A stretch of DNA of 57,038 nucleotides from an uncultured Candidatus Saccharibacteria bacterium (GTDB lineage: Bacteria > Patescibacteriota > Minisyncoccia > 2-02-FULL-40-12 > GWA2-44-9): contig CAZAUE010000003.1 of NCBI GenBank assembly GCA_964488565.1, forward strand, positions 1 through 57,038, given 5' to 3'. The position numbers and the translations under genes are program-made. Positions 31,833-40,921 of this stretch are shown here, one piece after another (the stretch's first letter is position 1; each line of letters opens with the position of its first letter). The notes beneath the pieces are model-generated. The model saw only the letters and a list, made by a program, of their open reading frames with translations. It did not search any database and was not told the DNA's origin.

Positions 31833-32597
31833 ATGACAAAGAAAACATTAATAATATCTCTAGTAATTTTAGCCGGTGGCTTAACCGCGGTTTTGGTGTT
31901 TAAAAAGGTTGATTTTCTTTCTAGGGTTTTTGAGACACCTCTTCCATCCGCCATCCCTTACAACGGAACCCCTGTCGCAACCCCCATCAATACATCTATT
32001 CCAAAACCTGTCGTAAGCACAGCCGTTTTGGCTAGTGGAATTAATTTAAAAGTTCCGTTCACATCTCAAGCGCCTTCTAAGAACTGGGGACTTCCATTTT
32101 CTGAATTTTGCGAAGAAGCATCGGCTCTTATGGTCGCAAGCTATATAAACGGGTGGACTATCCCAACAATTGAATTTGCTGAACAAAAAATGCTTGAAAT
32201 AAAAGCATTTGAAGATAAAAGATTTGGCTATTATAAAGATACTACCGCCGAAGAAACCGCTGTTATCTTAAGGGAGTTTTATAAATTAGATAAGGTTAAA
32301 GTTGTCTATGAACCAACTGTTCAGATTATGAAAAAAGCATTATCAGAAAATAAGGCGATCTTGATTCCAGTGGCTGGTCGCATGCTTGGCAATCCTTACT
32401 TTCAATCGCCTGGTCCTATTTATCACATGCTTGTTATAAAAGGATATACAAAAGACGGTGATTTTATAACCAACGACCCGGGTACTCGTAATGGAGAAAA
32501 TTATATTTATTCTCCAGAAGTAATCATGAACGCTCTCCATGATTGGAACAGTGTTGATATGAATAAGGGGGCAAAAGTAATTGTTATTGTCGGCTAA
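31833..32597 (+). CDS. C39-like cysteine peptidase, membrane-anchored
   Basis: VPFTSQAP, FCEEAS, HMLVIKGY, NDPG. Confidence 0.8.
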   Translation: MTKKTLIISLVILAGGLTAVLVFKKVDFLSRVFETPLPSAIPYNGTPVATPINTSIPKPVVSTAVLASGINLKVPFTSQAPSKNWGLPFSEFCEEASALMVASYINGWTIPTIEFAEQKMLEIKAFEDKRFGYYKDTTAEETAVILREFYKLDKVKVVYEPTVQIMKKALSENKAILIPVAGRMLGNPYFQSPGPIYHMLVIKGYTKDGDFITNDPGTRNGENYIYSPEVIMNALHDWNSVDMNKGAKVIVIVG

Positions 32598-33952
32598 AGG
32601 CCTTCCAGATGAGGTAATGGGGAATCTTTGATGGCTTCTTTGGCCATCTTTTTTAAACGGTTGGGAATGAAAAGAAGAAGCAAAATTAATTCTGTGGCAC
32701 TGGCCAGGAAGAAAGAAAAAGGCAGAGCGATAATATCAAAACGAGGAACTAAATAAAAAGCTGCTGTTGTTGAAATAATAAATCCAATAATACTAAACAC
32801 GACCGGAATGGTTGTGTTTTTGGTTGCATAAAACGCTCTCGCCATCAATTGTACTAATGATTCAGTTGGAATTGCCAAGGTAAATATTCCCAAGGTTAAT
32901 GCTGTGCGTAAAACACTTTCGTTATCAAAAGATCCACCACCGAGCACTATTCTTATTAGGGGTTCTCGTATGAGAAAAACAATTCCCCCAGCCAAAACAC
33001 TTCCTGAAAATATTACCCAAAAAGATGTCTTCAGTATCTTGTTGAATCGTTCTATGGAGTGGTTTGTGATTGATTGAGCTAGGAGCGGAAAGGTTGTTGT
33101 GGCGATTGTTATGCCTATTAGGCTTACTGGTACGCTTTGGAAATTGCGTGCGAAACTTAAAATTGCGACAGAGCCAGGTTTTAATGCGGAAGCGAAAATT
33201 GTAAAAACCCAAAAGGTCGCCAACTCAACTGGATGGCCGAACATTTTAGGAACCATAAGAGAGATTGTTTTTTTAAATTCGGGTGTAGTCGGATTAAAAT
33301 TAAATTTAAATCTGAAACCTGAACGCATCACATCAACAACCCTGATAAGAAGGTGCAGTAAAGCTCCTATAATGGTTCCGATAGCAACACCCACTATTCC
33401 AAAATGCGGAGTGAGAAATATTGTGCCTAAAATTATGCCGAGGTTGTAAAGAACAGGCGATAATCCGTAGTAAAGAAATCTTCGTTTTACAACAAGTAGG
33501 GCGCCAAGTGTGTTTGAGGCGCCAAATATTATTGGCGACAGTGCTAGATATCGTAAAAGGTGGGCTACAAGAATTTGGTCTTGAGGTTGGAATCCAGGAG
33601 CAATTAAGGAACTTATTTTTCCAGCAAAAATCATTATCATTCCGGCTGCCAAAGTCATGGTGCCCATTGCTCCAGCTATCATGGTGTTGGTATATTCGGA
33701 GGCCCTCTCTCTATCAGATTTTAAAAGTTCGGTTAGTATTGGAACGAATGCTGCGGCGATACCACTGGCGATTAAAATGTTAAACAAAAGATCGGGTAGT
33801 AGGAAGGCGGCGTTATATGCATCAAGCGTTCGAGATGCACCAAATGTCTGGGCAAAAATTCTGTCACGCAAAAGCCCCATCCCATAGGATGCTAAAGTTG
33901 TGGCTCCCAAAATGATACTTCCAGCAGGAATGAACCTTAAAAATCTTTTCAT
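32594..33952 (-). CDS. murJ: Lipid II flippase MurJ (MviN)
   Basis: GLLRDRIFAQTFGA, DAYNAAFLLPD, AFVPIL, RAFYA.KNT.IPV. Confidence 0.9.
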   Translation of the reverse strand: MKRFLRFIPAGSIILGATTLASYGMGLLRDRIFAQTFGASRTLDAYNAAFLLPDLLFNILIASGIAAAFVPILTELLKSDRERASEYTNTMIAGAMGTMTLAAGMIMIFAGKISSLIAPGFQPQDQILVAHLLRYLALSPIIFGASNTLGALLVVKRRFLYYGLSPVLYNLGIILGTIFLTPHFGIVGVAIGTIIGALLHLLIRVVDVMRSGFRFKFNFNPTTPEFKKTISLMVPKMFGHPVELATFWVFTIFASALKPGSVAILSFARNFQSVPVSLIGITIATTTFPLLAQSITNHSIERFNKILKTSFWVIFSGSVLAGGIVFLIREPLIRIVLGGGSFDNESVLRTALTLGIFTLAIPTESLVQLMARAFYATKNTTIPVVFSIIGFIISTTAAFYLVPRFDIIALPFSFFLASATELILLLLFIPNRLKKMAKEAIKDSPLPHLEGL

Positions 33953-34117
33953 ATAAATTTGTTATCTTACCCAAGTATATCAATCATTTGGGAAGCCGTC
34001 ATGCGACGATGGCCATGCGGCCACTGCTCGGCTTTGCACGGTTGCTGCTCCGCTTTGCGGGTTATTGAAAAATCAGTCCATTTTTGCTACTTTCTATGCA
34101 TCTGTTCCTTGAAAGAG

Positions 34118-34939
34118 GTGGCGAAAGTGCTTCCACTTGATTTGGTTTTAGTCAGACACGGACAATCGGAAGAAAATTTGGCTGATACAATGAGTAGAAG
34201 GGGTGATAGAAGTTTTTTTACTCCTGAGTTTGGAGGTAGACATAGTCGTGAATATCGGCTTACGGATACGGGAATTTTACAATCCCAAATTGCTGGAAGA
34301 TGGTTGCGGCAAAATGTTCCAATGCCATTTGATCGCTTTTTTGTGTCGGACTTTATTCGAGCCAAAGAGACCGCAGCTCACCTTCAGCTTCCTGGTGCAA
34401 ATTGGAGGGTTGATTATGAGCTCAGAGAGCGCGATCAATCTTTCGTGAATAATTCTCCGGGTTTTGGGCACAATTATCCATCAGAATTAGAACAATACAG
34501 ATATCCTTTTGATCCGTTTCTTTCTTATCCGGCTGGTGGTGGTGAATCTATTGCTACACTTTGCCTTAGAGCAAGAATCGGAATTTTGGCCAAATTAGAA
34601 AAAGAATGTCAGGGGCATGAAAGAGTGATAGTGGTTTGTCATGGTCACACAATGAGGGCAATACAGATAAATCTGGAAGGACTTGGGCATGATGATTTTG
34701 TAAGGCTTAATGCATCCAAAGAACCTGCCGACAGAATACTTAATTGCCAGATTCTTTGGTATTCTAGATGTGACAATAAAACGCTTGATTTTGATAATTC
34801 AAGATATATTACTGTTCGTTCTGTTTGTGCTGCTGGTTTGGTTGGGGACTATGGCTGGCGTCGTATCAACAGGCATCTTTGTTCTGACGAGGAATTGTTG
34901 GCTGAGGTTGAAAAATATCCACGAATACTTAAAGGTTAA
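34118..34939 (+). CDS. Histidine phosphatase (phosphoglycerate mutase-like) family protein
   Basis: LVRHGQSEEN, SDFIRAKETA, LRERD, VCHG; GTG 34118 chosen as start. Confidence 0.85.
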   Translation: MAKVLPLDLVLVRHGQSEENLADTMSRRGDRSFFTPEFGGRHSREYRLTDTGILQSQIAGRWLRQNVPMPFDRFFVSDFIRAKETAAHLQLPGANWRVDYELRERDQSFVNNSPGFGHNYPSELEQYRYPFDPFLSYPAGGGESIATLCLRARIGILAKLEKECQGHERVIVVCHGHTMRAIQINLEGLGHDDFVRLNASKEPADRILNCQILWYSRCDNKTLDFDNSRYITVRSVCAAGLVGDYGWRRINRHLCSDEELLAEVEKYPRILKG

Positions 34940-34949
34940 ATCCGCATGT

Positions 34950-35216
34950 AGACCCCTAAATTAACACAAATCTCTGGCGCGATGCTGGAGATTTTTAATT
35001 TAGGCAAAGGCATTCTGGTGAAGGTGTAGACTCTACTCCGAGACAGAATTCCAAAGAATAAATTAAAAATAACCGCATCCCTCCGGGTTGTTGCTAAAAT
35101 TGCCCGACTCTTTGTTGCTCCGATTTGCCATAGAGTCTATGCCCACATCGTAGCAACTTCAATTCGGGCAATTTTAGCTATCAACGCGCCGAGAGTTTAT
35201 ATTAAATTAGGGGTCT
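34950..35216. other. Intergenic element bounded by 15-bp inverted repeats (ncRNA or MITE candidate)
   Basis: agacccctaaattaa / ttaaattaggggtct (1 mismatch); internal 15-bp inverted repeat gctaaaattgcccga/tcgggcaattttagc. Confidence 0.5.
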
Positions 35217-35258
35217 TGATTTTTTTAATTAAAAAACCACGCCAAATGCGTGGTTTGC

Positions 35259-35657
35259 CTATTTTACGACCTCAACAAGGCCGTATTTGCTCAGAACTGA
35301 TTCTGGATTACCATTGGAAATGTCTTCAACAAAAACCCATGTTCCGTTTTTGTCAGTTTCATACAAATTTGCCTCCGAATCTTTATTCAGAGAATGATGA
35401 ATAAGGACAGAAAACCATGCCTTGGAAGTGTCGGGGTTGTAAAAAACAATCACCTGAAACGCTTCCGTTTGTTCCTTATTAATAAATTCATAGTGCACGT
35501 CTCGCACTTGAACGGGCTTGCCCTTTAAAACATATGAAGTTGCGTGATCCACTGCCTTGTTCCATTTAGAAAAGTCGGGCATGGAGGGTTGAGCAGATGC
35601 ACAAGTTGCAAACGTAGCAAAAACAACAAATAAGGCTAAGCGACTAATGAGTTTCAT
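35259..35657 (-). CDS. Secreted hypothetical protein
   Basis: Signal peptide MKLISRLALFVVFATFATCASA-Q; ATG 35657. Confidence 0.7.
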   Translation of the reverse strand: MKLISRLALFVVFATFATCASAQPSMPDFSKWNKAVDHATSYVLKGKPVQVRDVHYEFINKEQTEAFQVIVFYNPDTSKAWFSVLIHHSLNKDSEANLYETDKNGTWVFVEDISNGNPESVLSKYGLVEVVK

Positions 35658-35726
35658 TTGAGATTCCTTGGATATGTAAATAAGCCTCAATAAATATAGT
35701 CCCCTAATAAATAAATGTCAAACAAA

Positions 35727-35759
35727 TAAAAACCACTCCCTTGGGGAGTGGTTTTTATA
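35727..35759. terminator. Terminator after csp gene
   Basis: aaaaaccactcccc/ggggagtggttttt hairpin. Confidence 0.8.
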
Positions 35760-35771
35760 AAATCGAGTCTA

Positions 35772-35972
35772 TTAAGCTCGCTGTACGTTCTTGGCAGCTG
35801 GGCCCTTAGGTCCATCAACTACGTCGAAAGAAACAGAATCTCCTTCTCTCAACTCCTCAAATGTCACACCATTCAAGTCGTCTTTGTGGAAGAAAAGATC
35901 TTTTGATTCACCTTCTCTGGCGATGAATCCGAAAGCTCTATCCTCAATCTTCTTTTTTATTGTTCCAGTCAT
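35772..35972 (-). CDS. Cold-shock domain protein
   Basis: FGFI (RNP1), DLFFH (RNP2), VSFDVVDGPKGPAAKNV; long 5' leader. Confidence 0.93.
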   Translation of the reverse strand: MTGTIKKKIEDRAFGFIAREGESKDLFFHKDDLNGVTFEELREGDSVSFDVVDGPKGPAAKNVQRA

Positions 35973-36185
35973 GTTTGTTTTTTAGTTTAAATTATACTTT
36001 GCATAACTGCTTCACTCGAATGAATCATAAGTGAACTTATGCTCATTCTCGCTAACAGCTATAAAGAAACTCGACCTCCGGACTTCCGTCTCTTAACTAT
36101 TACCTATTATACGCTAATCTAGGTAATAATGCAAGAAACGGGAATTTGTGGTATAGTATGGTCGGATAAAAGGTAATCCGACTCT

Positions 36186-37148
36186 ATGATAATAGACAAT
36201 CTAACAATCAGGATACAGGCCGGAAAGGGTGGCGATGGTATCGTTGCTTTCAATAAAAACAAGGGTTCTCAGGGCCCAACAGGTGGCAGGGGAGGCAATG
36301 GGGGCAATATTTATCTTGTGGGAGTTTCCGACCTTGGCGCACTTAATGCTCTTCGTAATTCGAAGGTTTTTAAGGCTGAAGATGGAAAGAATGGCAGGCA
36401 TCAATTGAATGATGGCACTGCAGGAGAAGACCTTTTTATAAGAGTTCCAATTGGAACAGTTATTCATAATTTAACTACTGGTATTGATCAGGAGATTGTT
36501 AAGGTTGGGGAGCAAATTTTAGTTGCCAAAGGTGGGCATGGTGGTAAGGGCAATTTTCTTTTCCGTGGACCACACAGCACTAGTCCGAAAAGATTTCAGG
36601 AGGGTTTGCCTGGTGAGCAGTATAATGTTTTTCTTGAACTTAAAATGATTGCCGATATCGGTATTATTGGACTTCCAAATGTCGGTAAATCAAGTCTCTT
36701 AAACGAGCTTACTAAGGCCCAGAGCAAGGTCGCCAACTACCACTTCACGACGCTGGAGCCCCATTTAGGTGCCTACTACGACCTTATTCTTGCCGACATC
36801 CCCGGTCTTATTGAAGGCGCTTCAGAGGGTAAGGGATTAGGTGTTAAGTTTTTACGTCACATTGAACGAACTCGCGTTCTCTTCCACATTGTTTCCGCTG
36901 AATCTGAAGATCCTGTTAAAGATTATAAATCCATTCGCAAAGAGCTTGGTGCTTACAGTAAGGCAATGTTAGAAAAAGATGAATATCTTTTCTTGGGCAA
37001 GACCGACATGGTTGATTCCGCAACAGTAAAAAAGAAATTAGCAAAACTAAAAAAGTTGAACAAGAATGTTTCTATTCTTTCAATTCATGATTTAGATTCT
37101 ATTACTGTAGTCAAAAAGATTCTCGGCAAAATTTCCAAGGAAAAATAA
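36186..37148 (+). CDS. obgE: GTPase ObgE (short form)
   Basis: AGKGGDG, GGRGGNGG, GLPNVGKSS, YHFTTLEP, ADIPGLIEGA, FLRHIERT. Confidence 0.95.
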   Translation: MIIDNLTIRIQAGKGGDGIVAFNKNKGSQGPTGGRGGNGGNIYLVGVSDLGALNALRNSKVFKAEDGKNGRHQLNDGTAGEDLFIRVPIGTVIHNLTTGIDQEIVKVGEQILVAKGGHGGKGNFLFRGPHSTSPKRFQEGLPGEQYNVFLELKMIADIGIIGLPNVGKSSLLNELTKAQSKVANYHFTTLEPHLGAYYDLILADIPGLIEGASEGKGLGVKFLRHIERTRVLFHIVSAESEDPVKDYKSIRKELGAYSKAMLEKDEYLFLGKTDMVDSATVKKKLAKLKKLNKNVSILSIHDLDSITVVKKILGKISKEK

Positions 37149-37154
37149 TAACAG

Positions 37155-37202
37155 TAGTGGAAAATCAAAAACCCAGTTAACTGGGTTTTTGATTTTCCAC
37201 TA
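37155..37202. repeat. Perfect 48-bp palindrome
   Basis: tagtggaaaatcaaaaacccagtt|aactgggtttttgattttccacta. Confidence 0.9.
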
Positions 37203-37278
37203 ATCTGCTCCGCACTGTGAACAATATTAGAACTATAATTCAGAGGCAAGAGAGGTATATTTACACACCAGATTTGAG

Positions 37279-37728
37279 ATGCTATCATTAGCCGTAAGGT
37301 TCTTTGAAGGAGAATATTCAGTGCAATTAACATTGGGCCAGTTCCAAAAACTTTTACCTGATATTTGCACAAAAGAAACAAGTTTTGACCCCGACAGATG
37401 GATTCCTGAAAATCCATTATGGGGCCATTGCGCGGTAGTATCTTTGTTAGCGAATGATTTTTTTGGAGGTGGATTTGTTAGAGCATTTTTAGACGGCACT
37501 CCATTTGCCGATGTCGGATCTCATTATTGGAATGTTCTTCCTGACGGAACAGAATATGATTTTACAAAAGTACAGTTTGGCAGAACCGAGTTACAGCTAA
37601 AAGGAAAACTTACGAAAAGCGACGGCAAGCCCATAGACAGAGAATATTTACTCAAGAACGAAGAAACTAAAAAGCGATATGAGCTTCTTCGTGAAAGATT
37701 TGAATCTTACCTTCAGCAGGCGAGCTAA
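37279..37728 (+). CDS. YunG-like family protein
   Basis: GHCAVVSLLANDFFGG, SHYWNVLPDG, DFTKVQF, KKRYELL. Confidence 0.7.
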   Translation: MLSLAVRFFEGEYSVQLTLGQFQKLLPDICTKETSFDPDRWIPENPLWGHCAVVSLLANDFFGGGFVRAFLDGTPFADVGSHYWNVLPDGTEYDFTKVQFGRTELQLKGKLTKSDGKPIDREYLLKNEETKKRYELLRERFESYLQQAS

Positions 37729-37782
37729 TGCTCGTCTTTTTATTTTCTCAAAAAGCTCTACCGCCCACATTGGGTCTAACCC

Positions 37783-37811
37783 AAAAAGCCACGCCAAGGC
37801 GGGGCTTTTTG
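37783..37811. terminator. Bidirectional terminator-like hairpin
   Basis: aaaaagccacgcc-aa-ggcggggcttttt. Confidence 0.7.
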
Positions 37812-37815
37812 AAAC

Positions 37816-37837
37816 TGCTCTGCGGCCAGGACTCGAA
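37816..37837 (-). repeat. Inverted copy of the tRNA-Asn 3' end
   Basis: Reverse complement ttcgagtcctggccgcagagca matches 38512-38533 at 21/22 nt. Confidence 0.9.
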
Positions 37838-37838
37838 T

Positions 37839-38246
37839 TTATAATTTTGCCCTGCCGTTCTCAACCTCTGTATGACAGTTTTTACACAATAAAATACATT
37901 TTTGAGCTTCCTTCATAACAGTTGCCCATGAATAACATAATCCCTTAACACTTAGCGCAAAGGATTTAGTTTTAGGGTTAATATGATGAAAATCAAGAGC
38001 GCCACTATATTTTTTATAACCACAAATAATACATTTACCGCCAAATATTTTTACCAATTTTTCCTTCTTGTTTCTGCGACTATCTATGACCCACTCGGAG
38101 GCACATTTACCACAACGATAAGTGTTATCGCCTCGTTTTAAGTGTTTTGTTTTTCCGTGTTTTGAACATTCAATTATCATTGTATTAAGTATAACACTTA
38201 GTGTTAAGACGTAAAACCTTATATCGATTAATTTGAAATCTTTCAT
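37839..38246 (-). CDS. HNH endonuclease with zinc-binding motifs (likely start ATG 38180)
   Basis: CSKHG..YRCGKC; GGKCIICGY; ALDFHH; CILLCKNCHTEVE. Confidence 0.82.
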   Translation of the reverse strand: MKDFKLIDIRFYVLTLSVILNTMIIECSKHGKTKHLKRGDNTYRCGKCASEWVIDSRRNKKEKLVKIFGGKCIICGYKKYSGALDFHHINPKTKSFALSVKGLCYSWATVMKEAQKCILLCKNCHTEVENGRAKL

Positions 38247-38280
38247 TTTTATGTTAATATAATCACGTTGTTTAATATAT

Positions 38281-38531
38281 TCCGCGGTAGCTCAATGGTA
38301 GAGCGGCTCCCTGTCAAATAAGGCAGCTTCACGCAGAAATGCGAGATGAAAAACTGGGCTAATTCGGGGAAACCTTTTAACTGGCAATCCCGAGCTAAAT
38401 TCACGCAAGTGATAAATGTGTAGAGACTATATACCCGGATCCCGTTAGGGATATGAGATAGTCCACCCCATTACGAAAGTTATGGATCATGTGTAAGGAG
38501 ATGGTTCCAGGTTCGAGTCCTGGCCGCGGAG
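38281..38531 (+). tRNA. tRNA-Asn(GTT) interrupted by a group I intron; exons 38281-38314 and 38494-38531
   Basis: Acceptor tccgcgg/ccgcgga + G73; D arm gctc-aatggta-gagc; joined loop CT-GT|T-AA; T arm ccagg-ttcgagt-cctgg. Confidence 0.9.
38315..38493 (+). ncRNA. Group I intron (179 nt, no ORF) between anticodon positions 35 and 36
   Basis: P1 ctgtc/ggcag with U-G pair at the splice site; aattcgggga and aatcccgagc core; P7 gacta/tagtc; P8 atccc/gggat; terminal G. Confidence 0.9.
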
Positions 38532-40162
38532 CACTTGTCATGATTTTGGTTTAAAACATCAGAATCGTGGCGAAGAATCAGTGTTTTTTGAAGTTCGAAA
38601 TTCTTTTTAACTTCGGGAGTCATTGATTCTATTGGTTGAACACTAAGAACGCCAGAAGCCCCATTAATACTGGGGTTTTTGGTTGGTTCGAAATTATTAT
38701 TGAGTTTTGGTGCCCAATCAGCTAAGAATTTGAAACCAGGAGTGTATTCGGCACTTACCTTACCTGCCAATAAATTAATGTTGGAGAAAACATAACTCAA
38801 CAACAACCTCTGTTCATCTTTTGTTATATGCTTGCATTTATATATATCCTTAACATGTAAAGCTAGCTCATGAATGGCCAGCCCAGCCTCATAGTAGGCC
38901 GTACGAGTCTCGCTAAGGCTCTCCAAGGCCTTTATGGCGGAGTTTTTTTCATCGGTGGCATCCTTTATCATTTTTTCACAAATTTCCAAGGGAAGCTCTT
39001 CTAGCAGTTTGCCTCGATATGCTCCTTCGATGATTTTATCAGAGGACTTAATGATTCTTTGGAGGTTTTCTTTCTGACGAGTATGCTCAGTAATCTCTTC
39101 TTTATGGCTGTCTTTTAACGCCTTGGTAAGTTTTTCAACTATTCTTGGATTTTTCATAACTACTGCATTGAAGAATGGTAAAAGTCGATTTTCAAATTCT
39201 GTCTCGAGTATAGTTCCAGCCTGAGAACAGTTTTTGTAGTGATTGCAATTTCCACGCCACTTACCCTTACTGAGATACCAGCTTATTACGCCTTTGCACT
39301 CCTCGCATCTAACCTTCCCTTTATACAGGGGAAGGTGTTTCTGATATTTACCGCCATGTTTGGCGTTTAATCTAGTCTGCACAGAGTCGAATAACTCTGG
39401 TGATATGATAGCTTCATGAGAACCATTTTGAGCCTTATCATTCCAAACCATTTTACCGCAGTAGAACGGGTCTGATAATAATTCATGGAGCCTGCTCTTT
39501 AATACTTTGCCACCCTTCTCATTTCGTAAACCTTTGTCGTATATTGCTTCAACGAGTCTCGATAACGAGTAGTTTCCTGAATTATATTTCTCAAAAGCTT
39601 CTCGCATCAGTCCGTCCATTGGCGGATTTACAACATGATGCTTGTGACCTTTTTCACCGATAGTTTTATAGCCAATTTTAGCCCTGCTTGGATAACCGCC
39701 CATTTTAAGTTTCTGTGCCTGACCCTTCTTAACCTCTTCTGAGAGGTTATTAATGTAAAATCTGGCTATTGCAACTTTCATATCCCAAACCAAATTTTCA
39801 TGGGCTTTAGTGTTCTGATTAAGAATAAAAGATTCTTTGATAAAGTGAACCTCACGCTTCAAATCGCCCTTAACCCACTCGTCAACAATACTGGCATCTT
39901 TGGGAGTTCTGGTCAGTCTGTCTATTTTCTCGCAGAGAATAACTGAAATCTTATGCTTAGCAGTATATTCCAGCATCTCGGTAAATATTTTTCTAATCTG
40001 CTTACCGCTTGCTGACTCAGCAATACGATACTCTTTTACAACATCGAATCCTTTTCGTTCGGCATATTCTTTAAGGAGAGAAAGCTGGGCATCTAAAGAA
40101 TAGCCAGTATCTTCCTGCTCTTTACTACTAACGCGGGCATAAATTACGCATTTAATTTTCAT
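38480..40162 (-). CDS. Large serine recombinase (resolvase + recombinase + zinc ribbon)
   Basis: IYARVSSKEQ catalytic Ser, EKIDRLTR, RCEECKG..CNHYKNC; frame runs through the tRNA 3' exon antisense. Confidence 0.9.
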   Translation of the reverse strand: MKIKCVIYARVSSKEQEDTGYSLDAQLSLLKEYAERKGFDVVKEYRIAESASGKQIRKIFTEMLEYTAKHKISVILCEKIDRLTRTPKDASIVDEWVKGDLKREVHFIKESFILNQNTKAHENLVWDMKVAIARFYINNLSEEVKKGQAQKLKMGGYPSRAKIGYKTIGEKGHKHHVVNPPMDGLMREAFEKYNSGNYSLSRLVEAIYDKGLRNEKGGKVLKSRLHELLSDPFYCGKMVWNDKAQNGSHEAIISPELFDSVQTRLNAKHGGKYQKHLPLYKGKVRCEECKGVISWYLSKGKWRGNCNHYKNCSQAGTILETEFENRLLPFFNAVVMKNPRIVEKLTKALKDSHKEEITEHTRQKENLQRIIKSSDKIIEGAYRGKLLEELPLEICEKMIKDATDEKNSAIKALESLSETRTAYYEAGLAIHELALHVKDIYKCKHITKDEQRLLLSYVFSNINLLAGKVSAEYTPGFKFLADWAPKLNNNFEPTKNPSINGASGVLSVQPIESMTPEVKKNFELQKTLILRHDSDVLNQNHDKCSAARTRTWNHLLTHDP

Positions 40163-40438
40163 TTCTAAGATAAAAGGGATAACTTGCTGGACATAACCTC
40201 TTGCGAGACTATAGGCAAATTATCCCATTTATCCCCACAAGATTATGTTATGTCCATCTAAATTATACCTCTTTTTAATTGATTAGTAAATTGTCCAGGT
40301 TGCCTAACTATTTATTTGCCAGACAAATAAATTTTCTAAACACAGAATTCTTTATTGGTTTTAAGGAAAAAAGAGAGAAAATTCTTTATTCTTTAATTTA
40401 TTTCCTTTTTCTTGTTTCTATTCATCTTATTTAATGTG

Positions 40439-40921
40439 CTATTTCGTGCCTGTAATAAAGGCAGGTTTTTGCACAGACGGTAGGCAAAGTTGTGACGGTT
40501 CCTGATACTTAATAGAAATCTCGTTACTGTTATTAAACCGTCTTTTTGTTGTTATAAATTTTTCTTCCTTGAGTCTTGATATAGCCGACCTCACTGTTCT
40601 TATCGGAATATTAAGGTCTTTTGATATTGTTTTCTGGCTACACCAAACTTTCTCTTTTCTTGATAGGGTTATTTTACCCCTGTTATACTCTGACTTAATA
40701 TGTTTCCAGTCATAAGATAATATACAGCCCAACACTCTCCACGTCGAACCGCTAAGGCGACTACCCCTTAAAAAGAATGAATAAGGAACCACTACCACTC
40801 TTTTTGTTAAGTCCCTGGTAACTAATGGCGCCCATGCAGGCATTCCTGGTGGCATATCATATCCTGGAATATAATCTCTTACCGTCTCTATTTCTCCATC
40901 AATTGTATTATCTTTATCCAT
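40439..40921 (-). CDS. Helix-turn-helix protein (replication-initiator-like wHTH)
   Basis: VWCSQKTISKDLNIPIRTVRSAISRLKEEKFIT pattern. Confidence 0.7.
   Translation of the reverse strand: MDKDNTIDGEIETVRDYIPGYDMPPGMPAWAPLVTRDLTKRVVVVPYSFFLRGSRLSGSTWRVLGCILSYDWKHIKSEYNRGKITLSRKEKVWCSQKTISKDLNIPIRTVRSAISRLKEEKFITTKRRFNNSNEISIKYQEPSQLCLPSVQKPAFITGTK

Noticed and set aside
36068-36080. aggtcga motif in the leaders of the csp and SWIB genes (also 55664-55673)
   Set aside because: A 7-mer at inconsistent distances from the start codon; too short to support without genome-wide statistics
38281-38330. tRNA-Asp(GTC) reading of the 5' exon
   Set aside because: GTC arises only by including the first intron base. 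P1 pairing, the terminal G, the U1-A72 pair and G73 all fit Asn(GTT)
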